Source of the DNA: Paracoccaceae bacterium
GTDB taxonomy: Bacteria > Pseudomonadota > Alphaproteobacteria > Rhodobacterales > Rhodobacteraceae
Direction of reading: 5' to 3'
DNA: 64,000 nt
Assembly: GCA_020425085.1 (NCBI GenBank)
Contig: JAGQRW010000018.1
Location: 247,797-311,796, forward strand
Positions 9,159 through 18,043 of the stretch are shown here, piece by piece. The notes below the pieces were generated by a model that worked only from the letters and a program-made list of their open reading frames with translations, had not been told where the DNA came from and ran no database searches. Position numbers and translations under genes: made by a program. Positions within the stretch are counted from its first letter, which is position 1, and each line of letters starts with the position of its first letter.

Positions 9159-10234
9159 TGGATGGCGTTAACCTTTTCAACACTTTCTTGGCCCTAAGAT
9201 GGCCCGGCCGCCCAACAACAGGCGGCAAGGGGATGATGCCGATGCCTGCGTCTGGCGATACGCTGAGGAAAATGATTGCTCTGACCGATGGCAGCGGCGA
9301 CAACGGCCTGACATCGGCGGCCGAGGCGCTGGATCTGGCCACCGCCAGAACGGCGCGGCAGCTATTCGACATCAAGGCCGGGGTCAGGGATGTGATCGTC
9401 GGGCAGAATTCGCTGGCGGAACTGCTGGAAAGCCGCCCCGATCCGTCGCTGATGCTGCTGGTCAACGGCCCGAATGGGCAGCGCGGCCTGCTGACCATCG
9501 ACGGTTTGCTGATCAATGCGCTGGTGGAACTTGCCACCGGTGCCGGTGACAAGCAGGTTTACCGTGTGGTGCGCCGCCCGACGATGATCGACATCGCCCT
9601 GGTAGGGGAATTCTGCGAAACTCTGCTGAAACTGTTGCCGAGCGAGGTTGCGGAACTGGCCCTGCAACCGGTGTTGCCACACCTGTCGCTTGGCCCGCAT
9701 GAGGTCGATCCGGTCAAACTGGCCTTTCTGCTGGACAAGGGCCGTTATGCGGTGATCGCCGCCGAGGTCGGATTTCAGGAAGGTATTCGCGGCGGCGGCA
9801 TCAGCCTTGCCCTGCCGGTGGCGTTCTGGATGCCAAAGGGCGGTGGCCAGACGGGAAATGCGCAGCCGTTTGCCGATGCCATGACCCGCAACCTTGCGGC
9901 ATCGCCGCTCAGGCTGCGCGCGGTGCTGGAAACGGTGCCGCTGCCACTGGGGCGAGCGCTGTCGCTGGGGGTTGGCGATTGCCTGCCGATCAACAGCGCC
10001 TCGCTGTCGGATCTGACGCTGGTGGCGGTGGATGGCACGAAGGTAATGAAAGGGCGGCTTGGTCAGAAGGCCGGCAAAAAGGCGGTTTCGGTCAGCGAAA
10101 TCCTGCTTAAGGGCGGCAGTGCTGGCACCGATATTCCACGACAGCAACCGGCCAGCCTGCCGAAAGCGGCAGCAACCGATCTGCCGGGCGATTCAGCACC
10201 ATCGCCGCCGGCAGCACCGGTCCCGCCGGTCTGA
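9158..10234 (+). CDS. fliM: Flagellar motor switch protein FliM-like (C-terminal FliN/SpoA-type domain); start uncertain (ATG 9158 overlapping the kinase stop, or ATG 9233/9236)
   Basis: The middle region (LMLLVNGPNGQRGLLTIDGLLINALVELATGAG...RRPTMIDIAL) follows the FliM pattern. The C-terminus (LRAVLETVPLPLGRALSLGVGDCLPI...VDGTKVMKGRLGQKAGKKAVSV) looks like a SpoA/FliN domain. fliG lies convergent next door. Confidence 0.6.
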   Translation: MDGVNLFNTFLALRWPGRPTTGGKGMMPMPASGDTLRKMIALTDGSGDNGLTSAAEALDLATARTARQLFDIKAGVRDVIVGQNSLAELLESRPDPSLMLLVNGPNGQRGLLTIDGLLINALVELATGAGDKQVYRVVRRPTMIDIALVGEFCETLLKLLPSEVAELALQPVLPHLSLGPHEVDPVKLAFLLDKGRYAVIAAEVGFQEGIRGGGISLALPVAFWMPKGGGQTGNAQPFADAMTRNLAASPLRLRAVLETVPLPLGRALSLGVGDCLPINSASLSDLTLVAVDGTKVMKGRLGQKAGKKAVSVSEILLKGGSAGTDIPRQQPASLPKAAATDLPGDSAPSPPAAPVPPV

Positions 10235-10438
10235 TCCCGGCTGAAAACCGCGAAACCCGTGGCAGGAAAAGACAAATAGCCGGACCATTCAGCCCCGACA
10301 TCTTAAATCTTTGCCGGTGGCCGCAGCCATGATGGCGGGCGTTATTATGAATGAAACGTCGCGCCACCACGGGTAAAACGCACCGCGCCAAGGCCGGGGC
10401 GGGCCTGCCGGGCCAATTCAGGCGAAAGGTTGGGGGCA

Positions 10439-10765
10439 GATGCCCGCGAAGGCGTGTCGGGCTGATGCCCGCGAAGGCGTGTCGGGCTGATGCCCGCGAA
10501 GGCGCGTCGGGCTGATGCCAGCATGGGCATGTCGGTTGATACCGGCGCAAACATATAGAACGGATACTTCCGGTGAGGGTGTCCTGCCGATAGCCGCGCA
10601 AAAATGTCGGGTTGATATCCGCGAAGTGTTTCGGGCAGGTGCAAGTGATGGTGTGTCGGGCTTTTGCCCGCGTAGGAATGTCGGTTGATACCGGCGCAAT
10701 GATGTCCTGCCGATAGCCGCGTAAAAGTTTCAGGCAGATATCCGCAAGGCGTTTCGGGCGGGTGC
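10439..10765. repeat. Head-to-tail tandem array of about 13 units of ~25 bp (consensus GATGCCCGCGAAGGCGTGTCGGGCT); first copies near-identical, then progressively degenerate
   Basis: Units at 10439-10463 and 10464-10488 are identical, and the unit at 10489-10513 differs at one base. Following units keep GAT(A/G)nCCGCG...GTCGGG at 23-26 bp spacing. A higher-order duplication is also visible (about 10529-10640 versus 10677-10765). The array is intergenic, between convergent fliM-like and fliG genes. Confidence 0.9.
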
Positions 10766-10876
10766 CATCGTACACTGTTGCGTGATTGCCCGTCAGCCGC
10801 CGGATTTATCTGCCGCGCTGGCGGTTGGTGACGGTTATCATTGCCTGCACTTCTACCGGTGCGCTGCGCCGTTTTC

Positions 10877-12016
10877 CTATTCTTCCGGCGATATCAGGGT
10901 GATCTCGCCGGTTGCTTCAAGCTCGCGGATGCCGGCCACCAGCTTGTTCATGGCGGCGTCGGCATCCTTGACCTTGACCTCGCCGGTTTCGCGGATTTCT
11001 TCCCTGATCTGTTCGGCCAGTCGTTTTGACAGGTTGCCAAGGATGAATTCCGCTGCCTCCTTTTCGGTGATTTCGGCACCTGCCAGGGCGGTGATCAGCG
11101 TCGAATTATCAACCGCGCGCGCCAGTTTGGGAATATCCTTGACCTCGATCCGGTCCGGAATGTCGCCAAAGGTGAACATGATGCGGCGCACCCGCTCGGA
11201 CATCGCGGCATCGTCGTTTTCCAGCGCGCCCAGCATTTCCTGGCGTGTGTCGCCGCTGGCAAAGTTCAGGATTGCCGCCAGCCGGGCCAGCGGATCGCCC
11301 GGCAGCGCCCCCTGATCGGTTTTCGACTGCAATCCTTGCAGTATCGTATTGCCGACATTTGCCAGCGCCGGTTGGCTGATGCGCCCGGCGCTGACTGCGG
11401 CCAGCGCGACCGCGCGCGCGGTTTCGCCGGGCAGTTCCGTCAGGATTTCAGCCGCCATCGGTGCCGGCAGCTTGGCCATGGCAATCGCCGTCACCTGCGG
11501 GGTCTCGCCCGAAAGAAAGGCGATCAAATCTGCCACCTCGAAGCCGGCAATTTCCGGCCATGGGTCGGGCGGCGCACCGGGTTTGCGGTCATTGCTGAGA
11601 AGATCCGCAACCTCGGCGCTGATATGCCCATCAAAATGACTGAGCGCGCCCTCAAGCCCGGGGCGAAAGGTCAGGCCGTGGCCCTGAAACTCCGCCAGGA
11701 ATTCCGAGATCACCTGTAGCGTGGCCGCCTCGTTGACATGGCGGAGTTCGGCCATCGCCCGGACCAGGCTGACCATCTGGCGGTTTTCGAATTCATCCAG
11801 AGGCAGCGCCGAAGTGTCACCCAGCATCAGCCGCACGATGATCGCCGCCTTTTGCCGTCGGTTAAGCTGCGCTGACGAAGAAACCTTAAGCGCCGCCCTG
11901 ACCGGGCGGGTTGGCGCCGCTGGCAGGATGACTTCGCCCCTTGCCGGATCGTTGCCCGGTTCCGAAAACAGTGTCGCGGCCGGCCCGGAGCCGGTTGTTG
12001 TCAGCGCGGTTTGCAT
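10877..12016 (-). CDS. fliG: Flagellar motor switch protein FliG
   Basis: The sequence is FliG-like throughout (LNRRQKAAIIVRLML, MAAEILTELP, RVRRIMFTFGDI, LSKRLAEQIREEI). The start is set at ATG 12016, which has an AAGGGGTGG SD. The ORF track extends to GTG 12040. Confidence 0.85.
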   Translation of the reverse strand: MQTALTTTGSGPAATLFSEPGNDPARGEVILPAAPTRPVRAALKVSSSAQLNRRQKAAIIVRLMLGDTSALPLDEFENRQMVSLVRAMAELRHVNEAATLQVISEFLAEFQGHGLTFRPGLEGALSHFDGHISAEVADLLSNDRKPGAPPDPWPEIAGFEVADLIAFLSGETPQVTAIAMAKLPAPMAAEILTELPGETARAVALAAVSAGRISQPALANVGNTILQGLQSKTDQGALPGDPLARLAAILNFASGDTRQEMLGALENDDAAMSERVRRIMFTFGDIPDRIEVKDIPKLARAVDNSTLITALAGAEITEKEAAEFILGNLSKRLAEQIREEIRETGEVKVKDADAAMNKLVAGIRELEATGEITLISPEE

Positions 12017-12175
12017 GTCCACCCCTTGTTGATAACTCACCCGGGGGCATCATTGCGCGTTGGGTTTAACAATGTCTTACCCAAAGGTGGCGCCTGCCGG
12101 ACAACTCGGCGATTGCGCCAGCTTTGCAGCGATGCCAGACTATGGGAAATAGAAACAATTCTAAAGGATTGCGGC

Positions 12176-12916
12176 ATGTCATCGGCTGAGGGGGCAGATT
12201 GGGCCGGAAAGCCGGTTCTGCGCATCGCCGGTGACATGGGCATTTTGGTGGAATTTGGCGACGCCTATGCACCCGCCGTCAGCAATGCGGTGCTGGCGTT
12301 TGACGCCGCTATCAGGCAGATGACGCTGGCGGGTGTGATCGAGACGGTGCCGACCTTTCGCTCGGTTCTGGTCAGGTTCGATCCGCTGGAACTGCCGTTT
12401 GACCGGCTTGAGGCCAGGCTTGGCGCAATGCTTGCCGAGCGCGACTGGTATCTTGCGCCGCCGCCGCAAGGCCGGCGTGAATGGGTTTTGCCAGCGGTCT
12501 ACGGCGGAGCCTCAGGCCCCGATCTGGCCGAGGTGGCCGATCTGGCCGGCCTGCGCGAAGATCAGGTGGCCGGGGCACATTCGGCCGACCCGCTGACAGT
12601 GGCGATGCTGGGGTTCTCGCCCGGTTTGGCCTATCTCGGGCAGCTGGCGCAGAACTGGAACATTCCCAGGCGCACCGGCATCACGCCCGGGGTTCCGGCG
12701 GGCGCGGTCCTGGTGGCGGTGCGCCAGACGGTTCTGCCGGCAACACCGATCCCCACCGGCTGGCGGCAGATTGCCCGAACGCCGTTTCGCGGCTTTGATC
12801 CCCGCCGAAGCCCGCCGTTTCTGCTGTCGCCGGGCGATCTGGTGCGGTTTCAGCCGGTATCCGAGGCGCAGATCGCCGGTTTCGACATGGACGAATTCAT
12901 GAAAGGTCAGCCATGA
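12176..12916 (+). CDS. pxpB: 5-oxoprolinase subunit B (PxpB; KipI / allophanate hydrolase subunit 1 family)
   Basis: Contains GDMGILVEFGD...ETVPTFRSVLVRFDP...GFSPGLAYLG motifs. The ORF is trimmed to ATG 12176 and is followed by pxpC and pxpA. Confidence 0.85.
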   Translation: MSSAEGADWAGKPVLRIAGDMGILVEFGDAYAPAVSNAVLAFDAAIRQMTLAGVIETVPTFRSVLVRFDPLELPFDRLEARLGAMLAERDWYLAPPPQGRREWVLPAVYGGASGPDLAEVADLAGLREDQVAGAHSADPLTVAMLGFSPGLAYLGQLAQNWNIPRRTGITPGVPAGAVLVAVRQTVLPATPIPTGWRQIARTPFRGFDPRRSPPFLLSPGDLVRFQPVSEAQIAGFDMDEFMKGQP

Positions 12917-13929
12917 GAGGGCTGCGCATCCTGTCGATTTCCCCCACCGCCAGCATTCAGGATCGCGGCCGGCAGGGGTTGCTGCGCTTTGGCGTAAGTC
13001 CCGGAGGGGCGATGGATGCCTATGCGCTGGCCGAGGGGCAGGCGCTGTTGGGGAATGCTGCTGATGACGCGGCGCTGGAAATGGCGGGGCATGGCGGCAG
13101 CTTTCGGGCTGAGGGCGAGGTCTGGGTGTCGCTGACGGGCGCACCGATGCAGGCAAGCCTGAACGGTCGGGTGGTTGAGTGGCGGCAAAGCCTGCATTTG
13201 CGCGATGGCGACACCCTAAGGATCGGCGCGACGGTAATGGGGGTTTATGGCTATCTTCATGTGGCGGGCGGGTTTCAGACCGAAGTTGTGCTGAACGCGC
13301 GTTCAACCCATGTACGCGCCGGTTTCGGGCATCTGCCGAAGGCCGGAGATCTGCTGCCGGCGGGTCTGGTGCCGCCAAAGCCGGTGCCGCTGGCGCTGCC
13401 GCGCCCGGAATATTTCGACCAACGCCAGATCCGCGCCATCTGGGGGCCGCAATCGCACCTGTTCGATGATGCAGAGCGGTCGCGCTTTGCTGCGGCGCAG
13501 TTTGGCGTCAGCGACAAACGTGACCGGATGGGCATGCAGATCATACCGGATTACCCGCCGTTTCATGGTGACAGCGGGTTGAGCATCGCCTCGGACGCCA
13601 CCCTGCCGGGCGATATCCAGATCATCGGCAACGGCACCCCGGCGGTGTTGCTGGCGGATCGAGGTCCGACCGGCGGCTATCCCAGAATCGCCACGGTGAT
13701 CACCGCCGATATTGCGGCGCTGGCGCAGATCAGCAGTGGCGAGCGCTTTGCGATCAGCATTGTCGACCGTCAGGAGGCGGTCGGCGCACTTTTGGAATAT
13801 CGCCGTACCATCGGGGCCTTGCCCGGAATGGCTGAACCGGTTCTGAGGGATCCGCGCGACATGGCGGATTTGTTGTCCTATAACCTGATTGATGGCGCAA
13901 TCACGGGTGAAAACGATGAGCAGAATTGA
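12913..13929 (+). CDS. pxpC: 5-oxoprolinase subunit C (PxpC; KipA / allophanate hydrolase subunit 2 family)
   Basis: The N-terminus (IQDRGRQGLLRFGVSPGGAMD) and the later GGYPRIATVI motif are characteristic. There is an ATGA overlap with pxpB. Confidence 0.85.
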   Translation: MRGLRILSISPTASIQDRGRQGLLRFGVSPGGAMDAYALAEGQALLGNAADDAALEMAGHGGSFRAEGEVWVSLTGAPMQASLNGRVVEWRQSLHLRDGDTLRIGATVMGVYGYLHVAGGFQTEVVLNARSTHVRAGFGHLPKAGDLLPAGLVPPKPVPLALPRPEYFDQRQIRAIWGPQSHLFDDAERSRFAAAQFGVSDKRDRMGMQIIPDYPPFHGDSGLSIASDATLPGDIQIIGNGTPAVLLADRGPTGGYPRIATVITADIAALAQISSGERFAISIVDRQEAVGALLEYRRTIGALPGMAEPVLRDPRDMADLLSYNLIDGAITGENDEQN

Positions 13930-14674
13930 CCTTAACGCCGATCTTGGCGAAAGTTTCGGTCCCTGGCGTATGGGCCAGGATGCCGAGATGCTGGATATCG
14001 TCACCTCGGCCAATGTCGCCTGCGGCTTTCACGCGGGCGATCCGGTCGAGATGCAGCGGGTGGTGCGGTTGTGCCGCGACAAGGGCGTCGGCATTGGGGC
14101 GCATCCCGGGTTTGCCGATTTACAGGGCTTCGGGCGGCGGCGCATACTTGACATTGCGGCGGGTGAACTGGCGGCCCTGATCACCTATCAGATCGGCGCA
14201 TTGCAGGCGATTGCCGGGGCGGCGGGTGAAATCGTGCGGCATGTGAAACTGCACGGCGCGCTCAGCAACATGTGCATGACGGATCGGGCCATGTCCGATG
14301 TATGCGTGCAGGCGGTCCGCCGGTTGTCGCCGGATCTGGTGATCATGGCCATCGCCGCCACCCAGATCGAACATGCCGCCACCGCCATCGGCGGGCCGGT
14401 GGTGCGCGAGGTGTTTGCCGATCGCACTTATAACGACGACGGCACGCTGGTTTCGCGTGGGCAGGCCGGGGCGGTCATTCACGATGCCGATCAGGCGGCG
14501 GAACATGTGCTGAGGATGGTCAGTGATCAGGCAATCACCTCGATCAATGGCGTCAGGGTGCCGGTCCGCCCGGAAACGGTTTGCGTGCATGGCGATACCC
14601 CCGGCGCTGTCAGGCTGGCGGCGAAAGTACGCGAGCGGCTGGAAAAAGCCGGCGTTATGGTTGCACGGTTCTGA
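13916..14674 (+). CDS. pxpA: 5-oxoprolinase subunit A (PxpA; LamB/YcsF family)
   Basis: MSRIDLNADLGESFGPW...ANVACGFHAGDP is the LamB/YcsF signature. The internal ATG 13916 was chosen as the start, giving a 14-nt overlap with pxpC. Confidence 0.85.
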   Translation: MSRIDLNADLGESFGPWRMGQDAEMLDIVTSANVACGFHAGDPVEMQRVVRLCRDKGVGIGAHPGFADLQGFGRRRILDIAAGELAALITYQIGALQAIAGAAGEIVRHVKLHGALSNMCMTDRAMSDVCVQAVRRLSPDLVIMAIAATQIEHAATAIGGPVVREVFADRTYNDDGTLVSRGQAGAVIHDADQAAEHVLRMVSDQAITSINGVRVPVRPETVCVHGDTPGAVRLAAKVRERLEKAGVMVARF

Positions 14675-14712
14675 AGCGGCGGGCGGCGGGTGATATCAGC
14701 CAGTTCGCACCG

Positions 14713-14749
14713 ACAAAAACGCCGCGCCGGGAGCTATCCGGGCGCGGCG
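14713..14749 (-). terminator. Rho-independent terminator downstream of rplI
   Basis: CGCCGCGCCGG / CCGGGCGCGGCG form an ~11-bp GC stem with one bulge and a 7-nt loop. On the minus strand this is followed by GTTTTTG. It lies between convergent pxpA and rplI. Confidence 0.65.
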
Positions 14750-14772
14750 CGTAACAGTCGTGTGTCGATGCC

Positions 14773-15417
14773 TCAGGCCTTGTCTTCGTCGCCTTCGTCA
14801 TCCGCAACTTTTTCGGCTGCGGCTTCTACGCCCGGTGTCTCGATATCGAGGTCGTCCATGGCGGCGGCGCCCATATCCTCGAACAGTTCGGCGATTTCGA
14901 ACTCGGCTTCGGCCTCGGCCTCGGCAGCGAGTTGCTGGATCGACTTGCCCGAAGCCTGCAATGTCGCCTCATCCTCGGAACGCGCCACGTTCAGCGCGAT
15001 CCGGCAGGAGACTTCGGGGTGCAGCACCACGGTCAGTTCGTGCAGGCCAAGTTCCTTGATCGGCCGATCCAGAACCACCTGTTTCTTGTCGATGGTAAAG
15101 CCGCCTGTGGTGGCGGCGTCGCTGGCATCGCGACCGGTGACCGAACCATAAAGCGCACCGCTGTCCGAGGCAGAGCGAATCACCACGAACTGCTGACCGT
15201 CCAGTTTGGCGGCAACGGCCTCGGCCTCGCCCCTGGCTTCGAGGTTGGCGGCCTCCAGTTGGGCCTTCTGGCCGTCGAAATGTTTCTTGTTCTGTTCGGT
15301 CGCGCGCAGCGCCTTGCCCTGGGGCAGCAGAAAATTGCGGGCATAGCCTTGTTTGACCGAGACGACATCGCCCATCTGGCCAAGCTTGGCAACGCGTTCA
15401 AGCAGGATGACATCCAT
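14773..15417 (-). CDS. rplI: 50S ribosomal protein L9 with long acidic C-terminal extension
   Basis: The N-terminus is [36 protein letters not shown]. The last ~65 aa are rich in E, D and A. Confidence 0.95.
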   Translation of the reverse strand: MDVILLERVAKLGQMGDVVSVKQGYARNFLLPQGKALRATEQNKKHFDGQKAQLEAANLEARGEAEAVAAKLDGQQFVVIRSASDSGALYGSVTGRDASDAATTGGFTIDKKQVVLDRPIKELGLHELTVVLHPEVSCRIALNVARSEDEATLQASGKSIQQLAAEAEAEAEFEIAELFEDMGAAAMDDLDIETPGVEAAAEKVADDEGDEDKA

Positions 15418-15429
15418 CAGATATGCTCC

Positions 15430-15657
15430 TTATTTCACGGCATAGGGCAGAAGGGCGAGGAATCGCGCGCGCTTGATGGCGCGGGCCAGTTCCCGTTGCT
15501 TCTTGGCGGATACGGCGGTGATGCGGCTGGGCACGATCTTGCCGCGTTCGGAAATGTAACGCTGCAACAGTTTGGTGTCCTTGTAGTCGATCGTGGGGGC
15601 ATCCTGGCCAGAGAACGGGCAGGATTTGCGGCGGCGGAAAAACGGTTTGTTTGCCAT
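15430..15657 (-). CDS. rpsR: 30S ribosomal protein S18
   Basis: 75 aa with ...[25 protein letters not shown]...[13 protein letters not shown]. Confidence 0.95.
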   Translation of the reverse strand: MANKPFFRRRKSCPFSGQDAPTIDYKDTKLLQRYISERGKIVPSRITAVSAKKQRELARAIKRARFLALLPYAVK

Positions 15658-15676
15658 GGGTTAAATCCTTTCCAGA

Positions 15677-16042
15677 TCAATCGCGGCGCGGGCCGCGGGG
15701 GCCGCGTTCGTCGCGTGAATTCTTGGCCTGCATGACGACCGAGGGGCCGTCTTCATGCGCCTTGACCTTGATGGTCATGACCCGCATCACGTCATCATGA
15801 AGCCGCATCAGGCGTTCCATTTCCTGAACTGCCGGCGCCGGGGCGTCGGTTTTCAGAAAGGCATAATGCCCCTTGCGGTTCTTGTTGATCTTGTAGGCCA
15901 TGGTTTTCAGGCCCCAGTATTCGCTATCGACGATCTTGCCGCCATTGTCGGCCAGTACCGCACCGAAATGTTCCACCAGCCCTTCGGCCTGGGTGTTCGA
16001 CAAATCCTGCCGCGCAATGAATACATGCTCATAGAGCGCCAT
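15677..16042 (-). CDS. rpsF: 30S ribosomal protein S6
   Basis: [22 protein letters not shown]...[19 protein letters not shown]. It is the first gene of the rpsF-rpsR-rplI operon. Confidence 0.95.
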   Translation of the reverse strand: MALYEHVFIARQDLSNTQAEGLVEHFGAVLADNGGKIVDSEYWGLKTMAYKINKNRKGHYAFLKTDAPAPAVQEMERLMRLHDDVMRVMTIKVKAHEDGPSVVMQAKNSRDERGPRGPRRD

Positions 16043-16261
16043 ATTCTGTTCCTTTGCAAGCGTGCTTCAACATGCGAGCCGATATGTCTTCCGCTGGCCG
16101 CATACGAGAGGCATCCGCGATGAATATGTTACGGAAGACGCCGCGTTATAGCCGCTGGCGGGCTGGGTGCAAGGGGAATGTGGCTGGGGCGGGTGTTTGA
16201 GGTGGCCCTTGTCCTGGCGGCGCGGCATTTCCAAGCCGCACGGTGTATCAATTACCACCAC

Positions 16262-16296
16262 ATCTAAAACGAAATCGGGCGACCGAAGCCGCCCGA
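16262..16296 (-). terminator. Rho-independent terminator of the VPLPA-CTERM protein gene
   Basis: A 7-bp stem TCGGGCG/CGCCCGA (16275-16296) with an 8-nt loop lies 29 nt after the stop. On the minus strand it is followed by TTTCGTTTTAG. Confidence 0.6.
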
Positions 16297-16324
16297 ATAT
16301 TGCTGATCAGTTGATAGCGTCAAG

Positions 16325-17056
16325 TCAGCTGGCTTTGCGGCGACGCCCTACAAGACCCAGACCACCAAGAGCGGCCAGAAGCAAGGGAAATGCCGCCGGT
16401 ACGGGAACCGCTGATGTTTCTACCGCGATTGCTACTCCGTTAACACCGGCATTTCCGGTTCCGGAAATCAGTGCCGTGCCTGATCCCAGGTTGATAAAGG
16501 ATGCATAGGCCGTGAACCAGCTATTCACGCCATTTGTTTGCGAACCTGTGGTGACCAAATTCTGCAAAGGCTGAATGTTATTCCCTCCAAGGTCCAGATT
16601 AAGCGTCGTGCTCAGGCTCATGGAGGAACCGACGGCGCCCAGGATGGCGTTAACCGCAATGTTCAAAGAAGTGAAACTGGTATTGCCTTCGCCAAACAGA
16701 AACAGCGACCCACCACCGGACACATAGTTGCTGATTGCCGTCAATTCACTGGCGGAAACGGATGTCCGGGTATAACCGAAAATCATGAAGTCGTTTGCGC
16801 CTAGCCCGGCCGATGTCACGGTCGCCCCAGAGCCATAGTTGGTTACCGTTGCCGTTGTTCCCAGCCCGCTGAGGCTGCTTGACGAATAGTTTGCAACGGT
16901 TTTTCCGTTGAACACATTCTGAAAGAAGATCTCGTTATCTTCACTTGTTGTGAAGATATTGGAATCACCAGACAGATATATTGAAGATGCGTATCCCGGC
17001 ACTGCCAATATCAGAGACAATACCAGGGATTTGATTAGTGTCGTAAAGATTTTCAT
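16325..17056 (-). CDS. Secreted S/T/G/N-rich protein with C-terminal VPLPA-CTERM-type (PEP-CTERM variant) sorting signal
   Basis: Has a Sec signal (MKIFTTLIKSLVLSLILAVPGYASS). The C-terminus VPVPAAFPLLLAALGGLGLVGRRRKAS consists of the motif, a TM helix and a basic tail. The gene is visibly lower in GC than its neighbours. A GGGGA SD is present. Confidence 0.8.
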   Translation of the reverse strand: MKIFTTLIKSLVLSLILAVPGYASSIYLSGDSNIFTTSEDNEIFFQNVFNGKTVANYSSSSLSGLGTTATVTNYGSGATVTSAGLGANDFMIFGYTRTSVSASELTAISNYVSGGGSLFLFGEGNTSFTSLNIAVNAILGAVGSSMSLSTTLNLDLGGNNIQPLQNLVTTGSQTNGVNSWFTAYASFINLGSGTALISGTGNAGVNGVAIAVETSAVPVPAAFPLLLAALGGLGLVGRRRKAS

Positions 17057-17605
17057 TTTTTTCCCCAGTTACTAGGTTAGATTACAATATGAAAACGCCT
17101 TGCCCTCGCGAAATTGTTGCATCAAGCGCAGGACGATCACCGAAATGTTAACAAATTGTTGATGTTCAGACAAGGTTTTAGCAACTAATTACGCCATATT
17201 TCATCGCAGAATATACTGCTTTTGGAAACAATAGCAGGATAAAGACGATATTGTTGCCAAACTCAACACAGGGTGATTGCATGCCGCAACGTCCGCCTGC
17301 TGCAATCGGTGTGGTTATCTGCCATTCAAAGCGATGAGAAGTGAACATTTGCGGGCCTTTGGTGAATCGACGTGTTGTCTTTGCACCGGTCCGGCAAAGC
17401 CAGGGAACTGGCAAGGTTTGAATGGCGGTTTTGTTCATTAAGGGGTCACTTGACTTGACCTCCGTGAATTGGCGGTTTCAACAAATTCCAGACCTTTTGT
17501 GCAAACAGTCTGACAAAACGGATGTGCATGTTTTTCGCGACGGTCGCCGCCGGTTGACAAGCGATACGGCGCATCTGATTGTCCGTTGGCACCAGCAGCC
17601 GGGAA

Positions 17606-18043
17606 ATGACGATGGAAGTGACGATCGACAAGGAACTCGAAGCCCGGATCAGAGACAGTTTCGCCCGGCAATCCATGATGGGGTCGATCGGCGCGGAACT
17701 GGTTTCGCTGGATGTCGGGAAGGTCTCGATTGCCGCGCCGGTGTCGAAAGGGTTTCGCCAGCAACAGGGCTTTGCCCATGGCGGGCTGATCTTCACGATC
17801 GGTGACAGCGCCGCCGGTTATGCCGCATTAAGCGTCCTGCCAGCGGGGGTCGAGGTGATGACGGTCGAGTTGAAGATAAACCTGCTGGCCCCCGCCGCCG
17901 GGCGGCTGGTTGCCGAAGGCCGGGTCCTGAAGCCTGGCAAGCGTCTGGTCGTGGTCGCCGCCGACGTCTGGGCGGAGGACGGCAAAGGTGCGAGAAAGCA
18001 GGTTGCGGCCCTTCAGGGAACGATGATTCCGGTAAATCCCTGA
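17606..18043 (+). CDS. PaaI-family (hotdog fold) thioesterase
   Basis: Contains the GFAHGGLIFTIGDSAAGYA motif and a ...VAEGRVLKPGKRLVV C-terminal part. The start is set at ATG 17606; the ORF track starts at TTG 17579. Confidence 0.75.
   Translation: MTMEVTIDKELEARIRDSFARQSMMGSIGAELVSLDVGKVSIAAPVSKGFRQQQGFAHGGLIFTIGDSAAGYAALSVLPAGVEVMTVELKINLLAPAAGRLVAEGRVLKPGKRLVVVAADVWAEDGKGARKQVAALQGTMIPVNP

Noticed and set aside
10439-10765. Possible CRISPR array
   Set aside because: The units are directly head-to-tail with no unique spacers. The 25-bp period is shorter than a CRISPR repeat plus spacer, the copies decay progressively, and no cas genes are in the window.
10107-10775. 222-aa minus-strand ORF (and sister ORFs 10345..10644 and 10418..10699) across the repeat array
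   Set aside because: Their reading frames are generated by the tandem repeat itself. The products are repetitive and Arg/Pro/Cys-rich, and they overlap the 3' end of the FliM-like gene. No SD or recognisable domain is present.
16262-17440. Calling the lower-GC VPLPA-CTERM region a mobile element or genomic island
   Set aside because: There is no integrase, transposase, tRNA or flanking direct repeats. It is reported only as a compositional anomaly.
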